This document shows, in pieces, positions 7,566-15,679 of a stretch of 24,000 nt of DNA (position 1 is the first letter of the stretch; every line of letters starts with the position of its first letter). A model generated the notes under the pieces. That model was not told the DNA's origin. It ran no database searches and worked only from the letters and a program-made list of their open reading frames with translations. A program made the position numbers and the translations under genes. The DNA is from Lacticaseibacillus baoqingensis (GTDB lineage Bacteria > Bacillota > Bacilli > Lactobacillales > Lactobacillaceae). The stretch covers positions 2,212-26,211 of the forward strand of contig NZ_RHOI01000036.1 in the NCBI RefSeq assembly GCF_003946165.1, in the 5' to 3' direction.

Positions 7566-7690
7566 ATTATCCACCTGTGTATAACTATCGAAAATACTGT
7601 GAGCTGTCCACATGTGGATAAAGGCTAACGTTTCACCCAGCATTCACGTATAATAGAGTGACTAACAGCCAATCTCAAGGGAGGCCTCTC

Positions 7691-9679
7691 ATGCACAAAA
7701 ATACCCGGACGCTGCTCACCGCCAGCATTGCCGCGATCGTTTTAGTCGCCGGCAGCTTCACTTGGTACCACTGGCACCACCAGCGTGCTGAAGCCCAAGC
7801 CGTTGCTGCCACTGCCAAAGCGTACACCCAAGCCTTCGCCAAACGGCAATACCCGACCATGGCCAAGCAAATCGATACCGGCCAGCTCAAAGGCACCGGT
7901 TGGCACTACACGAAAAAGCAGCTGATCGCACGCAATCAAGCGGTATTTGACCGCGTCGGTGCCAGCCGCATCAAGATCAGCAAGCTCACCACCACCCCTA
8001 GTGCCCATAACACCTATCAATTGCGCTTCACTGCCACGATGAAAACCAAAGTCGGGCAGCTCAAAGCCTTGCACTACCAAGCCAAGATCGTCAAGCGCAA
8101 CGACACCTGGCGCGTTCGCTGGACGCCTGCGCTTTTATTCCCGCAGATGGCCGGCAAAGACACGGTCCAATTGACCACCACCAAAGCGGTACGCGGCCAG
8201 ATCTACGACCGCAACGGCCAACTGCTCGCCAAAAACGGCACCGTCTTGCAAGCCGGTTTGATCCCAGGCAAACTCGGCACCGGCAGCACCCGCACGCAAA
8301 ACTTGCAAAAAATCGCCACGGCTTTCAACGTTAAAGTCTCAAGCTTAGAAACCTTGCTCAACCAAGCTTGGGTCACCGCCGATACATTTGTCCCAGTCAA
8401 AGTCGTCACCGCTGCCCCTGAATTGACCGGCGTCAACTACCAAACCGTCGGCTCGCGAACGTACCCGCTTGGTGCGGCTGCCGCGCAGCTGATCGGTTAT
8501 GTCGGCGAAGCTACCGCTGCCTACTTGAAGAAATCGCCAACCTTGACCGCCGGCAGCGATGTCGGCAAAGCCGGGCTGGAACAGACTGAAGACACCAAAT
8601 TGCGCGGCGTTGATGGCGGTGCGATCACCATCGGCCACGGCGATCAAACCACGACGCTGCTGAAAACCAACCCTAAAAACGGCCAAGATCTGCACTTGAC
8701 CATTGACGCTGCCAAGCAGCAAAAAGCCTATACCCAACTCGGCAATCAAGCCGGCACCGTGGTAACGATGGATCCAAAAACCGGCGCCTTGCTGACCTTA
8801 GCCAGCGCCCCTAGCTACGATCCCAACAAGTTCGTCAATGGCATCAACCAAAGCGATTATGACGCTTATGCCAAGGATCAAGCACTGCCTTTTGTCAGCC
8901 GCTTCACCCAGCGCTATGCGCCAGGCTCGACATTCAAGATGCTGACGGCAGGGATCGCTTTGGCCAATCAAACGATCACCGCCAACACCACCAAGACGAT
9001 CTCCGGGCTCAAATGGCAAAAAGATGCGTCTTGGGGGTCCTACCAAGTTACCCGCACCGTTAATGCCAGCTCAGAAAATATGACCGCCGCGCTGGTCAAC
9101 TCCGACAACATTTGGTTTGCCCAAGCGGCGTTACAAATGGGGCAAGCCGCATACCTCAAGGGCCTGCAGCCATTTTTCAAGGCGACCGCAGATTTACCGC
9201 TGGCCATGAAGCCTGCGCAGATCTCAAATTCCGGCAAGCTTGATCGCGAGACTTTGTTAGCTGACACCGCCTACGGACAAGGGCAGCTGTTGCTTTCGCC
9301 GATTGAACAAGCCGCGATGTACAGCGCCATTGCCAATGGCGGCACCATGCAGCAGCCGACCTTGGTCCAAGAGACGACGGGCAAAAGGATCAGCGTGTTG
9401 CCAGCCGCCGCAGCCAACACCGTCAAAACAGCGCTGACGCATGTCGTGTCTGACAGTGCCGGCACCGCCCATGGCTTGGCGCTTGCCGGCCACACCATCG
9501 CTGCCAAAACCGGTACGGCAGAGTTGAAAAAGCAACAAGATACTAATGGTAAGACCAATGGGTTTCTCGTCGCCATGGACGCCGACCACAATACCTATCT
9601 CACGGTGACCTTGATCGAAAATACCGGCAGCGACAGTGTCGTTACTGCCATGAAACCTTATCTCGCCAGCCTTTACTAA
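7691..9679 (+). CDS. Class B penicillin-binding protein with MecA-type N-terminal domain (PBP3/PBP2a-like transpeptidase)
   Basis: N-terminal TM anchor, then the transpeptidase motifs STFK (PGSTFKML), SDN (VNSDNIW) and KTGT (AKTGTAE). The ATG at 7691 follows GGGAGG. A TATAAT at 7649-7654 argues against the GTG at 7658. Confidence 0.9.
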   Translation: MHKNTRTLLTASIAAIVLVAGSFTWYHWHHQRAEAQAVAATAKAYTQAFAKRQYPTMAKQIDTGQLKGTGWHYTKKQLIARNQAVFDRVGASRIKISKLTTTPSAHNTYQLRFTATMKTKVGQLKALHYQAKIVKRNDTWRVRWTPALLFPQMAGKDTVQLTTTKAVRGQIYDRNGQLLAKNGTVLQAGLIPGKLGTGSTRTQNLQKIATAFNVKVSSLETLLNQAWVTADTFVPVKVVTAAPELTGVNYQTVGSRTYPLGAAAAQLIGYVGEATAAYLKKSPTLTAGSDVGKAGLEQTEDTKLRGVDGGAITIGHGDQTTTLLKTNPKNGQDLHLTIDAAKQQKAYTQLGNQAGTVVTMDPKTGALLTLASAPSYDPNKFVNGINQSDYDAYAKDQALPFVSRFTQRYAPGSTFKMLTAGIALANQTITANTTKTISGLKWQKDASWGSYQVTRTVNASSENMTAALVNSDNIWFAQAALQMGQAAYLKGLQPFFKATADLPLAMKPAQISNSGKLDRETLLADTAYGQGQLLLSPIEQAAMYSAIANGGTMQQPTLVQETTGKRISVLPAAAANTVKTALTHVVSDSAGTAHGLALAGHTIAAKTGTAELKKQQDTNGKTNGFLVAMDADHNTYLTVTLIENTGSDSVVTAMKPYLASLY

Positions 9680-9690
9680 CGGGTGGCAGT

Positions 9691-9726
9691 AAAAAAAGCC
9701 GGGTGCGCACGCACTCGGCTTTTTTG
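9691..9726. terminator. Bidirectional terminator between the PBP and GGDEF genes
   Basis: AAAAAAAGCCGGGTGCG..CGCACTCGGCTTTTTT. Confidence 0.75.
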
Positions 9727-9730
9727 CTGT

Positions 9731-10843
9731 TCAATTACCGGCAACAACTTGATCACGCCCGCCGCGCTTAGCCGCATACAGATTCGCATCCGCACGAGCG
9801 ATCGTGATGTCATTGCGCTTGTCGCCAGCCATCACCTTCGTGATCCCAGCAGAAACGGTCAGGTGCAATTTAACTCCTGCCGTCGCGATGGTCAATTGCC
9901 GCAAATGCGCCACATAGCCATCCACGATCGCGCGCACTTGTTGATCAGTGGCCCCGCCAGCGATCAACAAGCTGAATTCTTCGCCGCCAGTGCGATACAG
10001 CGTACATGGAAACGCCGACTGATCAAGGTAAGTCTCCAGATCACTGGCAAACGCCTTGAGCACATCGTTGCCTGCCAAATGCCCATAAGTATCATTGATC
10101 CGCTTGAAGTGATCGATATCCAGCATCACCAAATGCACCGCCGGCATATTCCCATCTAAGCTCAATTGATGATACCGCCCAAAGTCGCTGGTGAATTTGC
10201 TCAAACTATGGACGCCAGTCAAGGCATCATGTTGATTATCGTACTCCAAGGTACTGGTTTTTTGTTGGCGATAAACCAACAAATAATCATACATATGCGC
10301 CAGCACGATCACAACGACAAAACAAACCCAAACTGCCAGCGTCTCGCCTAAAGGATAATGAAACGCATACATATCAAACAACCAATAAACCAAGCTGATC
10401 ACGCTTAAAACAAGGCCATGCCGCAGCCAGTTGGCTTTGATCCAATCTTGATACCAGTTGATCGGCAACAACAGCACCAAGATCAATACCTGCCATGCCA
10501 TCGCCCAGTAATTCCACTGCCAAAACGGCCATAAGGAGACAAAAAAGCCGACCAGCAGCCAGGCGAAAGCACGCCGATCCTGCAACCGTTTGGACACATA
10601 GATCAACGCGCCATTACGGATCGCATTGGCGGTCCAGGTGAATGTCGTGCCGAATAAGCGCAGCATACGCACAAACATGATGACAGCGAGCACATAAATC
10701 ACCACCGCCGCAGCCGCAGAGATCCGCCGGTGCAGCCAGCGCTGGACCAACTCCGGTCCGAGGTCTTCAACGATTTCCAGTGACGCCACGAAACCGATCA
10801 TAAAAAAGAAAGTCCAAAAAAATGTATTGCCAACTAATGCCAT
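9731..10843 (-). CDS. Membrane-bound diguanylate cyclase (multi-TM N-terminus plus GGDEF domain, GGEEF active site)
   Basis: 370 aa. The N-terminal ~190 aa is strongly hydrophobic. The C-terminus has DALTGV..., VMLDIDHFKRINDTYGH, RTGGEEF and SAGI. Confidence 0.9.
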   Translation of the reverse strand: MALVGNTFFWTFFFMIGFVASLEIVEDLGPELVQRWLHRRISAAAAVVIYVLAVIMFVRMLRLFGTTFTWTANAIRNGALIYVSKRLQDRRAFAWLLVGFFVSLWPFWQWNYWAMAWQVLILVLLLPINWYQDWIKANWLRHGLVLSVISLVYWLFDMYAFHYPLGETLAVWVCFVVVIVLAHMYDYLLVYRQQKTSTLEYDNQHDALTGVHSLSKFTSDFGRYHQLSLDGNMPAVHLVMLDIDHFKRINDTYGHLAGNDVLKAFASDLETYLDQSAFPCTLYRTGGEEFSLLIAGGATDQQVRAIVDGYVAHLRQLTIATAGVKLHLTVSAGITKVMAGDKRNDITIARADANLYAAKRGGRDQVVAGN

Positions 10844-10911
10844 GATGTTTTCCCCAATAAACTCACGTGTTTACCGTTAAGCATACCGCAACCCCGCACT
10901 GGTTGCCATTG

Positions 10912-10937
10912 AAAAAAGGCTGCCACCATGGCAGCCT
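10912..10937 (-). terminator. Intrinsic terminator 2 inside the GGDEF leader
   Basis: Minus strand: AGGCTGCCA-TGG-TGGCAGCCT followed by TTTTTT, about 70 nt upstream of the GGDEF ATG. Confidence 0.65.
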
Positions 10938-11030
10938 CTTCACGGAATAGATCGCCGCCGAAGCGGCACGATTTACACACACGTTGATCAGCTCGTTGAC
11001 GGTTCGGGGGAAAGATCAACAGAGCCTTGG

Positions 11031-11083
11031 AAAAGAACAAAACGACCCGCCGCAACAGGCCGAAGCCTCTGCGCACGGGTCGT
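11031..11083 (-). terminator. Intrinsic terminator 1 inside the GGDEF leader / end of a candidate sRNA
   Basis: Minus strand: ACGACCCG..GAGGC-TTCG-GCCT..CGGGTCGT followed by TTTGTTCTTTT. Confidence 0.6.
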
Positions 11084-11154
11084 CTCAAGCGTACCATCGA
11101 AATGGTCTGTACTTGAGTGAGCGGTCAAATTCACTTGTTCTAAATCCAAAAACT

Positions 11155-11183
11155 ATTTTACGGCTTGACGTGTCTTGACGCAA
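11155..11183 (-). promoter_or_regulatory. Candidate promoter driving the structured leader/sRNA
   Basis: Minus strand: TTGCGT (11183-11178), 17 nt spacer, TAAAAT (11160-11155). Confidence 0.45.
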
Positions 11184-11204
11184 CCCTAAAATGATTATTT
11201 TAAT

Positions 11205-11227
11205 AAAAAACCGCCTTTACAGGCGGT
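11205..11227 (-). terminator. Terminator of the WxL gene
   Basis: Minus strand: ACCGCCT-GTAA-AGGCGGT followed by TTTTTT. Confidence 0.75.
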
Positions 11228-11304
11228 CCGCCAGCTTTCCTTTGTCAGTTGAGCTTCGCGGCGATATAACTTAGCCAATACTTACACTTACTCCCCCACG
11301 CAAC

Positions 11305-11823
11305 TTACGAGGCATCAATGGGCCCGGCAAACAACATCCAGCGTAAGGCCGCATGATATGTTGTGCCTGGCTTGCCAGCTGGAATATACAACGCCACCGT
11401 TTTTAGCGCCGGCGCTGCACCAGCGGCTTTCACGACGACTTGTGCCGTCGGGTGCGCCGCTGTTTCCAGTTGTGCACCTGCTAATGGCTGGTGCGCATCA
11501 TCTGCAATCACACTCGCCTGAACTAACATCGCCCATGGACCATGCGCCGCAGCATCAATGGCTGCTTTGGTGCCATCGATTGGTGCCGTTAATGCCTGTG
11601 CTTGGCTGCCGCCAACGATGCGACCGAAGTCAACATCTGGCAAGGCTTGGATGGCCATCACACTCCCGGAGGCCTCCGTAAACGACACCGACGCCGTGCT
11701 TGCTTGCGTGTCGTCAGCCTCGACGACAACCGGCGCGCACCACGCCACTAGTCCGGCCAAACCCGCTAACAACACGAGTGACCGCACCTGAATAAGCTGT
11801 TTGATCAAAAACGATTCCCCCAA
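11305..11823 (-). CDS. Small secreted WxL-domain cell-surface protein
   Basis: Signal peptide (LVLLAGLAGLVAWCAPVVVEA). LPDVDFG motif and C-terminal YHAALRWMLFAGP, matching the YxxxLxWxLxxxP distal WxL motif. The real start may be the TTG at 11808, which follows a GGGGGA RBS. Confidence 0.7.
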   Translation of the reverse strand: MGESFLIKQLIQVRSLVLLAGLAGLVAWCAPVVVEADDTQASTASVSFTEASGSVMAIQALPDVDFGRIVGGSQAQALTAPIDGTKAAIDAAAHGPWAMLVQASVIADDAHQPLAGAQLETAAHPTAQVVVKAAGAAPALKTVALYIPAGKPGTTYHAALRWMLFAGPIDAS

Positions 11824-12137
11824 ACCGACTGATGATCACACATTTCTGCGTAAGAAGTCTATACTTTTATAGCACAAAACCAGCCGAAAAACCAGAAAAT
11901 TATGATTATATTACATAAAAATGAATCAGAGCGATTTTTCCTGCTTTGCTAAACACCATTGCAATGCGTTTATATACCATAAAAACACCAAATGCCTTGT
12001 ACAAAAGATAACCACGGGATTTTTCACGTCCTCGAGTCGTCTGACAACACTTTTTTGAAGATCTAGGGTATACTGCAAATATGATGGCGTAAACCATTGG
12101 TGTCCACCCACTATCAATTGTTTGGAGGAATGTCGCC

Positions 12138-12608
12138 ATGGACCAATATAAGATCTACTACAATACAATGCCGATCGACGATGACGGGTTGGGTTTCGTT
12201 GTCGGTTTGATCACGGAATTACCCCCTAGCCGCTTACATGTTAAGGGCCGCAGTCGCAATCTGCTGGCTTACATGCCGGTTTTACGCATGGGCCAGCCGG
12301 CTTATCCAGTACTCAATGAAAAACTGCACGTGATCACCCGCAAAGCATGGGAAGCTGCCCCTGATGACGCTGCGTTTTTAGTCACGGATTGGTTTTTACG
12401 CTACCCGATGATCGATTCGCTGACCTATTTTGACACTTATGACCCCTTCCACAACTTGACACCGCACATCTTGCCAGGCGACCGTTGGCGCCGCCCGATC
12501 CAACTTGCCAAGCAACAGCTCCATGATGACCTTGAGCGCTTCACCAAAGGCCAGCCTACTAAGTTGATGCAATTACCGGTAAAACTAGAAGATCTCGGGT
12601 ATTTTTAG
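12138..12608 (+). CDS. Hypothetical protein (156 aa), family not recognised
   Basis: ORF with GGAGGA RBS 8 nt before the ATG. Followed by a strong hairpin. Confidence 0.6.
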   Translation: MDQYKIYYNTMPIDDDGLGFVVGLITELPPSRLHVKGRSRNLLAYMPVLRMGQPAYPVLNEKLHVITRKAWEAAPDDAAFLVTDWFLRYPMIDSLTYFDTYDPFHNLTPHILPGDRWRRPIQLAKQQLHDDLERFTKGQPTKLMQLPVKLEDLGYF

Positions 12609-12641
12609 AGGCTGAGCCCCAAAGCGGTTTTAGCCCATGAT

Positions 12642-12695
12642 AAAAGCGCCTTGAAACCGCGATTCTAACACGAATCGTGGCCCCAAGGCGCTTTT
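12642..12695. terminator. Bidirectional terminator hairpin between convergent genes
   Basis: AAAAGCGCCTTG...(inner CGATTC-TAACAC-GAATCG)...CCAAGGCGCTTTT. Confidence 0.65.
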
Positions 12696-12776
12696 GTCGC
12701 TGGGCGCGGCTTGTTAGGGCGCACCTAGACGATGATGTCCTAGTCACGTTTGTGTTAGCAAGTAATTTGCTGTGCT

Positions 12777-13328
12777 CTATTGATCCACTGTTAGCATCTG
12801 GTCGATCATGACATCATGATCTTCGATTGGCCAAGCCGGCGCAGCATACACCATGATCGGTGCGGCTAACACCACTGTTGGGCCTTGATAGCGCTGCAAG
12901 AAGCGGTCATAATAGCCCCCGCCAAACCCAATGCGGGCATGGGTGTTCAGCGCATACGCGATCCCCGGGACCAACAATAGATCCGGCTGGTCGTTAACTT
13001 TAGCTTCATCATAGGGCGGCTCCGGGATCCCAAACGCACTCGTGATCCGGCCAGCTGCGCCAGGGTCTGGCAAAAATGCCATTTGCCGCTTGGGCAAACA
13101 GCGCGGGATCAAGACTTGCTTTCCCGCAGCCGCGGCAGCGGCGATGATCGGCGCAGTTGGAACTTCAAATGGGCTGCTGATGGTGACTCCGATCGTTTTC
13201 GCATCACGCCAGCTGGGCAACCCCTGCAACTTCGCTAATAAGGTTTCACCGGCCAATTGCGTCTCTTGCGCATGCGCTTTTAGCCGCGCGATCTGTTGCT
13301 GACGAAAAGCTTTTTTCTCTGCACTCAT
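12777..13328 (-). CDS. 5-formyltetrahydrofolate cyclo-ligase
   Basis: 183 aa with the family motif IGFGGGYYDRFL and N-terminal K..R.....RL pattern. AAGGAGG RBS. Confidence 0.85.
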   Translation of the reverse strand: MSAEKKAFRQQQIARLKAHAQETQLAGETLLAKLQGLPSWRDAKTIGVTISSPFEVPTAPIIAAAAAAGKQVLIPRCLPKRQMAFLPDPGAAGRITSAFGIPEPPYDEAKVNDQPDLLLVPGIAYALNTHARIGFGGGYYDRFLQRYQGPTVVLAAPIMVYAAPAWPIEDHDVMIDQMLTVDQ

Positions 13329-13351
13329 GCCAACACACCTCCTTGCGCCTC

Positions 13352-13380
13352 ATTATCTAAGACAGACGGTGCCGCGTCAA
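13352..13380 (-). promoter_or_regulatory. Candidate promoter of the cyclo-ligase gene
   Basis: Minus strand: TTGACG, 17 nt spacer, GATAAT. Confidence 0.45.
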
Positions 13381-13425
13381 TTGTGTTCAGCTATCGAATT
13401 TATGGTTGGGATTGTACCCTTCGTC

Positions 13426-13460
13426 AAAAAACGCCTTGGCAACCTATCGTCGCCAAGACG
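13426..13460 (-). terminator. Terminator closing the nine-gene operon
   Basis: Minus strand: CGTCTTGGC-(11 nt loop)-GCCAAGGCG followed by TTTTTT, 29 nt after the M42 stop codon. Confidence 0.65.
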
Positions 13461-13488
13461 TCTTGCCAGTCTGATTGGAATCACCTGC

Positions 13489-14589
13489 TTATTGATGCGC
13501 TTGGATCCCGATGGCTTGCTTCATCCCATCCAGATGCTGCCAATCGATTTGTTGACAAAATACTGTCAGCAAGCGGATCGTCTGCTCATAATCCGTGCGG
13601 CTGATCAACAGGCGCGGCGAGTGCATGTAACGCGTCGGCAGCGAAGCGGTCATGGCCACGACGCCATCGAGCATTTTATGAATACTGCACGCATCGGTGC
13701 CGCCGTCCGTCATGAAATCATAACGCACGTCCAAGTCATTAGCTTGGGCGATTTGGGTCATCATCGCGATCAAACTCGGATTGCTCAGCGTCAAATGATC
13801 GACCATCGACAACACCAGTCCACCGCCAAGTTTCATCCCGGCTGTATCCAGCGGTGTGTCAGTGGCAGTGGTGACATCTAAGGCCACCGCGACATCTGGC
13901 AAGATCGTGTGCGTGGCCGTGCGCGCCCCGCGAATGCCGACTTCTTCTTGAACCGTCGCAGCAAAATACAGATCGGCATCGGTATGGACCCCTTCAAGGT
14001 TGCGCATGACTTCCAGCATCGTCCCTAAATTGACGCGGTCATCCCAGCCTTTGCCGCATAATAGATCCGGATCATTCATCACCCGAAACTTGGTATTTGG
14101 CGTGACCATATCCCCAATTTGAATGCCAAGATCCAAGATCGCCTGACGATTTTTGACCCCCATATCCAAAAATAGGTCCATCGGTGCGATCACTGTATTT
14201 TTGACTTTTTGAGACAACCCGTGCGGGGCACGGGCGCCGACGATGCCGATGTACTTTTCACCCGTCATCGTGGTGACGGTCAGTTCATGGGCAGGCATCA
14301 CATGCCCCCACCAGCCGCCAACTGGCAGCAACTTGATATAGCCGGCATCTGTGATCTCGCGTACCATGAACCCGACTTCATCCATATGGGCCGAAAACAT
14401 CACCTTCGGGCCATGACCGCTGCCATGCTTGATCATGATGGTCGAGCCAAGGTTGTCATGGATGATCTCATCACATAACGGTGCCCCATACTCAGCGACG
14501 ATGCGACTGACTTCACGCTCACAGCCGCCGATCCCGTCTGCTTCTGAGACCCGGCGTAAGATATTTAAATCGATCTGCTTAAAAGTCAT
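13489..14589 (-). CDS. M42-family metallo-aminopeptidase (FrvX/YsdC/PepA-like), paralog 2
   Basis: 366 aa with FSAHMDEVGFMV and the typical M42 layout. AGGAGG RBS. Confidence 0.9.
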   Translation of the reverse strand: MTFKQIDLNILRRVSEADGIGGCEREVSRIVAEYGAPLCDEIIHDNLGSTIMIKHGSGHGPKVMFSAHMDEVGFMVREITDAGYIKLLPVGGWWGHVMPAHELTVTTMTGEKYIGIVGARAPHGLSQKVKNTVIAPMDLFLDMGVKNRQAILDLGIQIGDMVTPNTKFRVMNDPDLLCGKGWDDRVNLGTMLEVMRNLEGVHTDADLYFAATVQEEVGIRGARTATHTILPDVAVALDVTTATDTPLDTAGMKLGGGLVLSMVDHLTLSNPSLIAMMTQIAQANDLDVRYDFMTDGGTDACSIHKMLDGVVAMTASLPTRYMHSPRLLISRTDYEQTIRLLTVFCQQIDWQHLDGMKQAIGIQAHQ

Positions 14590-14600
14590 CGGCGCGCCTC

Positions 14601-15662
14601 CTAACGGTTCTCGGCTTTAAAGGCCGCGATCTGCTCTGGCGTCAGCTGTTGAATGAAGGCGATCAAGGCTTGCTGGGCGCTTTGGAGGTCGCCTAAGTCC
14701 GCCACTTGCTGGGGAGTATCCATGTTGCGCACCGCGACATTGACGAACAACGTCGGCGTACCGGTGCGCAGCTTATTGATCCATGCGGCATCTGAACCGG
14801 CAAGCGAGTAATAGTACTGATATGGCAGGCCTTGGGCTTCACAAACTTGCTTAAGCGTCTGCAATAATAAGCGGTTAGGCAAAACGGTTTGATCAAAAAA
14901 GTTCAGCAATACGCCGTCTCCTAAGCGCCCGATGCGATCTTGAGCATCTTTTTGAGTATCAAACGCCGCATCGGTATCGACGACGATCCCAAGATCTGGT
15001 TGCACGGCATTGGTCGCCGTTTGTACCCCGCGTAATCCAACCGTTTCTTGCACCGTACACCCGACGTACAAGTCAAAAGGCAAAGCTTCGCCAGCAACTG
15101 CCTTGAGCAGTGCGATCCCCATGAGCGGGGCATAGCGGCCATTGAAGGCTTTGGCGATGACGCGTTGACTGCCTGCATTATGGACCAAGGCCTCGGCAAA
15201 AACGGCGCGATCACCGATTTGCAAGCCGCTTTGTTGCGCTTGTTTGGCCGATGCAAAGCCGCAGTCGATCAACACATCCTGTTTTGCCGTCATCGCGTTG
15301 CCCGCCGTGTCGTGCGCCAACAGCGTCCCCATCACGGTTTGTCCGTTAGCCAAGGTGAAGCGCACCGCCGAACCCAGCAAACTGGCCTTAAGCGGCTCGC
15401 CTAAGGCTAACCCTGCGATCGTCCCGTTGTCATTGAACCGCTTGGCGACAAAGCCCACTTCATCCATGTGTCCTGAAACCATCACACGCGGTGCATTGGG
15501 CGTTTTGGCGCGCTTGATGGCATAAATCGAGCCAAGATTGTCATAAACGAAGTCATCAGCATATGGCGCCAGCTGCTCGCGTAAGTATGCCGATACCCGC
15601 CGTTCATCCCCTGGCGCCCCGTCCAAAGCCATCAACGCTTGCAACACCTGTTCGTCAACCAT
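14601..15662 (-). CDS. M42-family metallo-aminopeptidase, paralog 1
   Basis: VSGHMDEVGFVA motif. The ATG at 15662 follows AAGGAG and avoids overlap with the upstream stop; the listed start at 15683 has no RBS. Confidence 0.9.
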   Translation of the reverse strand: MVDEQVLQALMALDGAPGDERRVSAYLREQLAPYADDFVYDNLGSIYAIKRAKTPNAPRVMVSGHMDEVGFVAKRFNDNGTIAGLALGEPLKASLLGSAVRFTLANGQTVMGTLLAHDTAGNAMTAKQDVLIDCGFASAKQAQQSGLQIGDRAVFAEALVHNAGSQRVIAKAFNGRYAPLMGIALLKAVAGEALPFDLYVGCTVQETVGLRGVQTATNAVQPDLGIVVDTDAAFDTQKDAQDRIGRLGDGVLLNFFDQTVLPNRLLLQTLKQVCEAQGLPYQYYYSLAGSDAAWINKLRTGTPTLFVNVAVRNMDTPQQVADLGDLQSAQQALIAFIQQLTPEQIAAFKAENR

Positions 15663-15679
15663 ACTCCCACTCCTTTTTC

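Noticed and set aside
9683-10159. 158 aa plus-strand ORF, and many other 60-135 aa ORFs antisense to nrdE, nrdF, PBP, M42, IIC, pepV and asdA (for example 13327-13881 and 8345-8749)
   Set aside because: They are fully embedded antisense in well-supported genes, lack an RBS, and have the Arg/Pro/Gly-rich composition typical of GC-rich antisense frames.
10834-11097. 87 aa minus-strand ORF upstream of and overlapping the GGDEF start
   Set aside because: No RBS is present. It runs through two intrinsic terminator hairpins. It is Arg-rich and low-complexity, as expected from translating GC-rich stems.
10844-11147. Assignment of the GGDEF leader to a known RNA family (c-di-GMP-I/GEMM, T-box, SRP RNA, 6S RNA, fluoride, ZTP, guanidine)
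   Set aside because: None of the consensus cores I remember is present. These include ACGCACAGGGCAAACC, the T-box GGGTGGTACCGCG, the SRP GGAAGCAGC and ACGR loops. An Rfam scan is still needed.
11165-11192. Plus-strand promoter-like TTGACG-16-TAAAAT
   Set aside because: It would transcribe straight into the WxL terminator hairpin and then antisense to the WxL gene. It is more likely a by-product of the overlapping minus-strand promoter.
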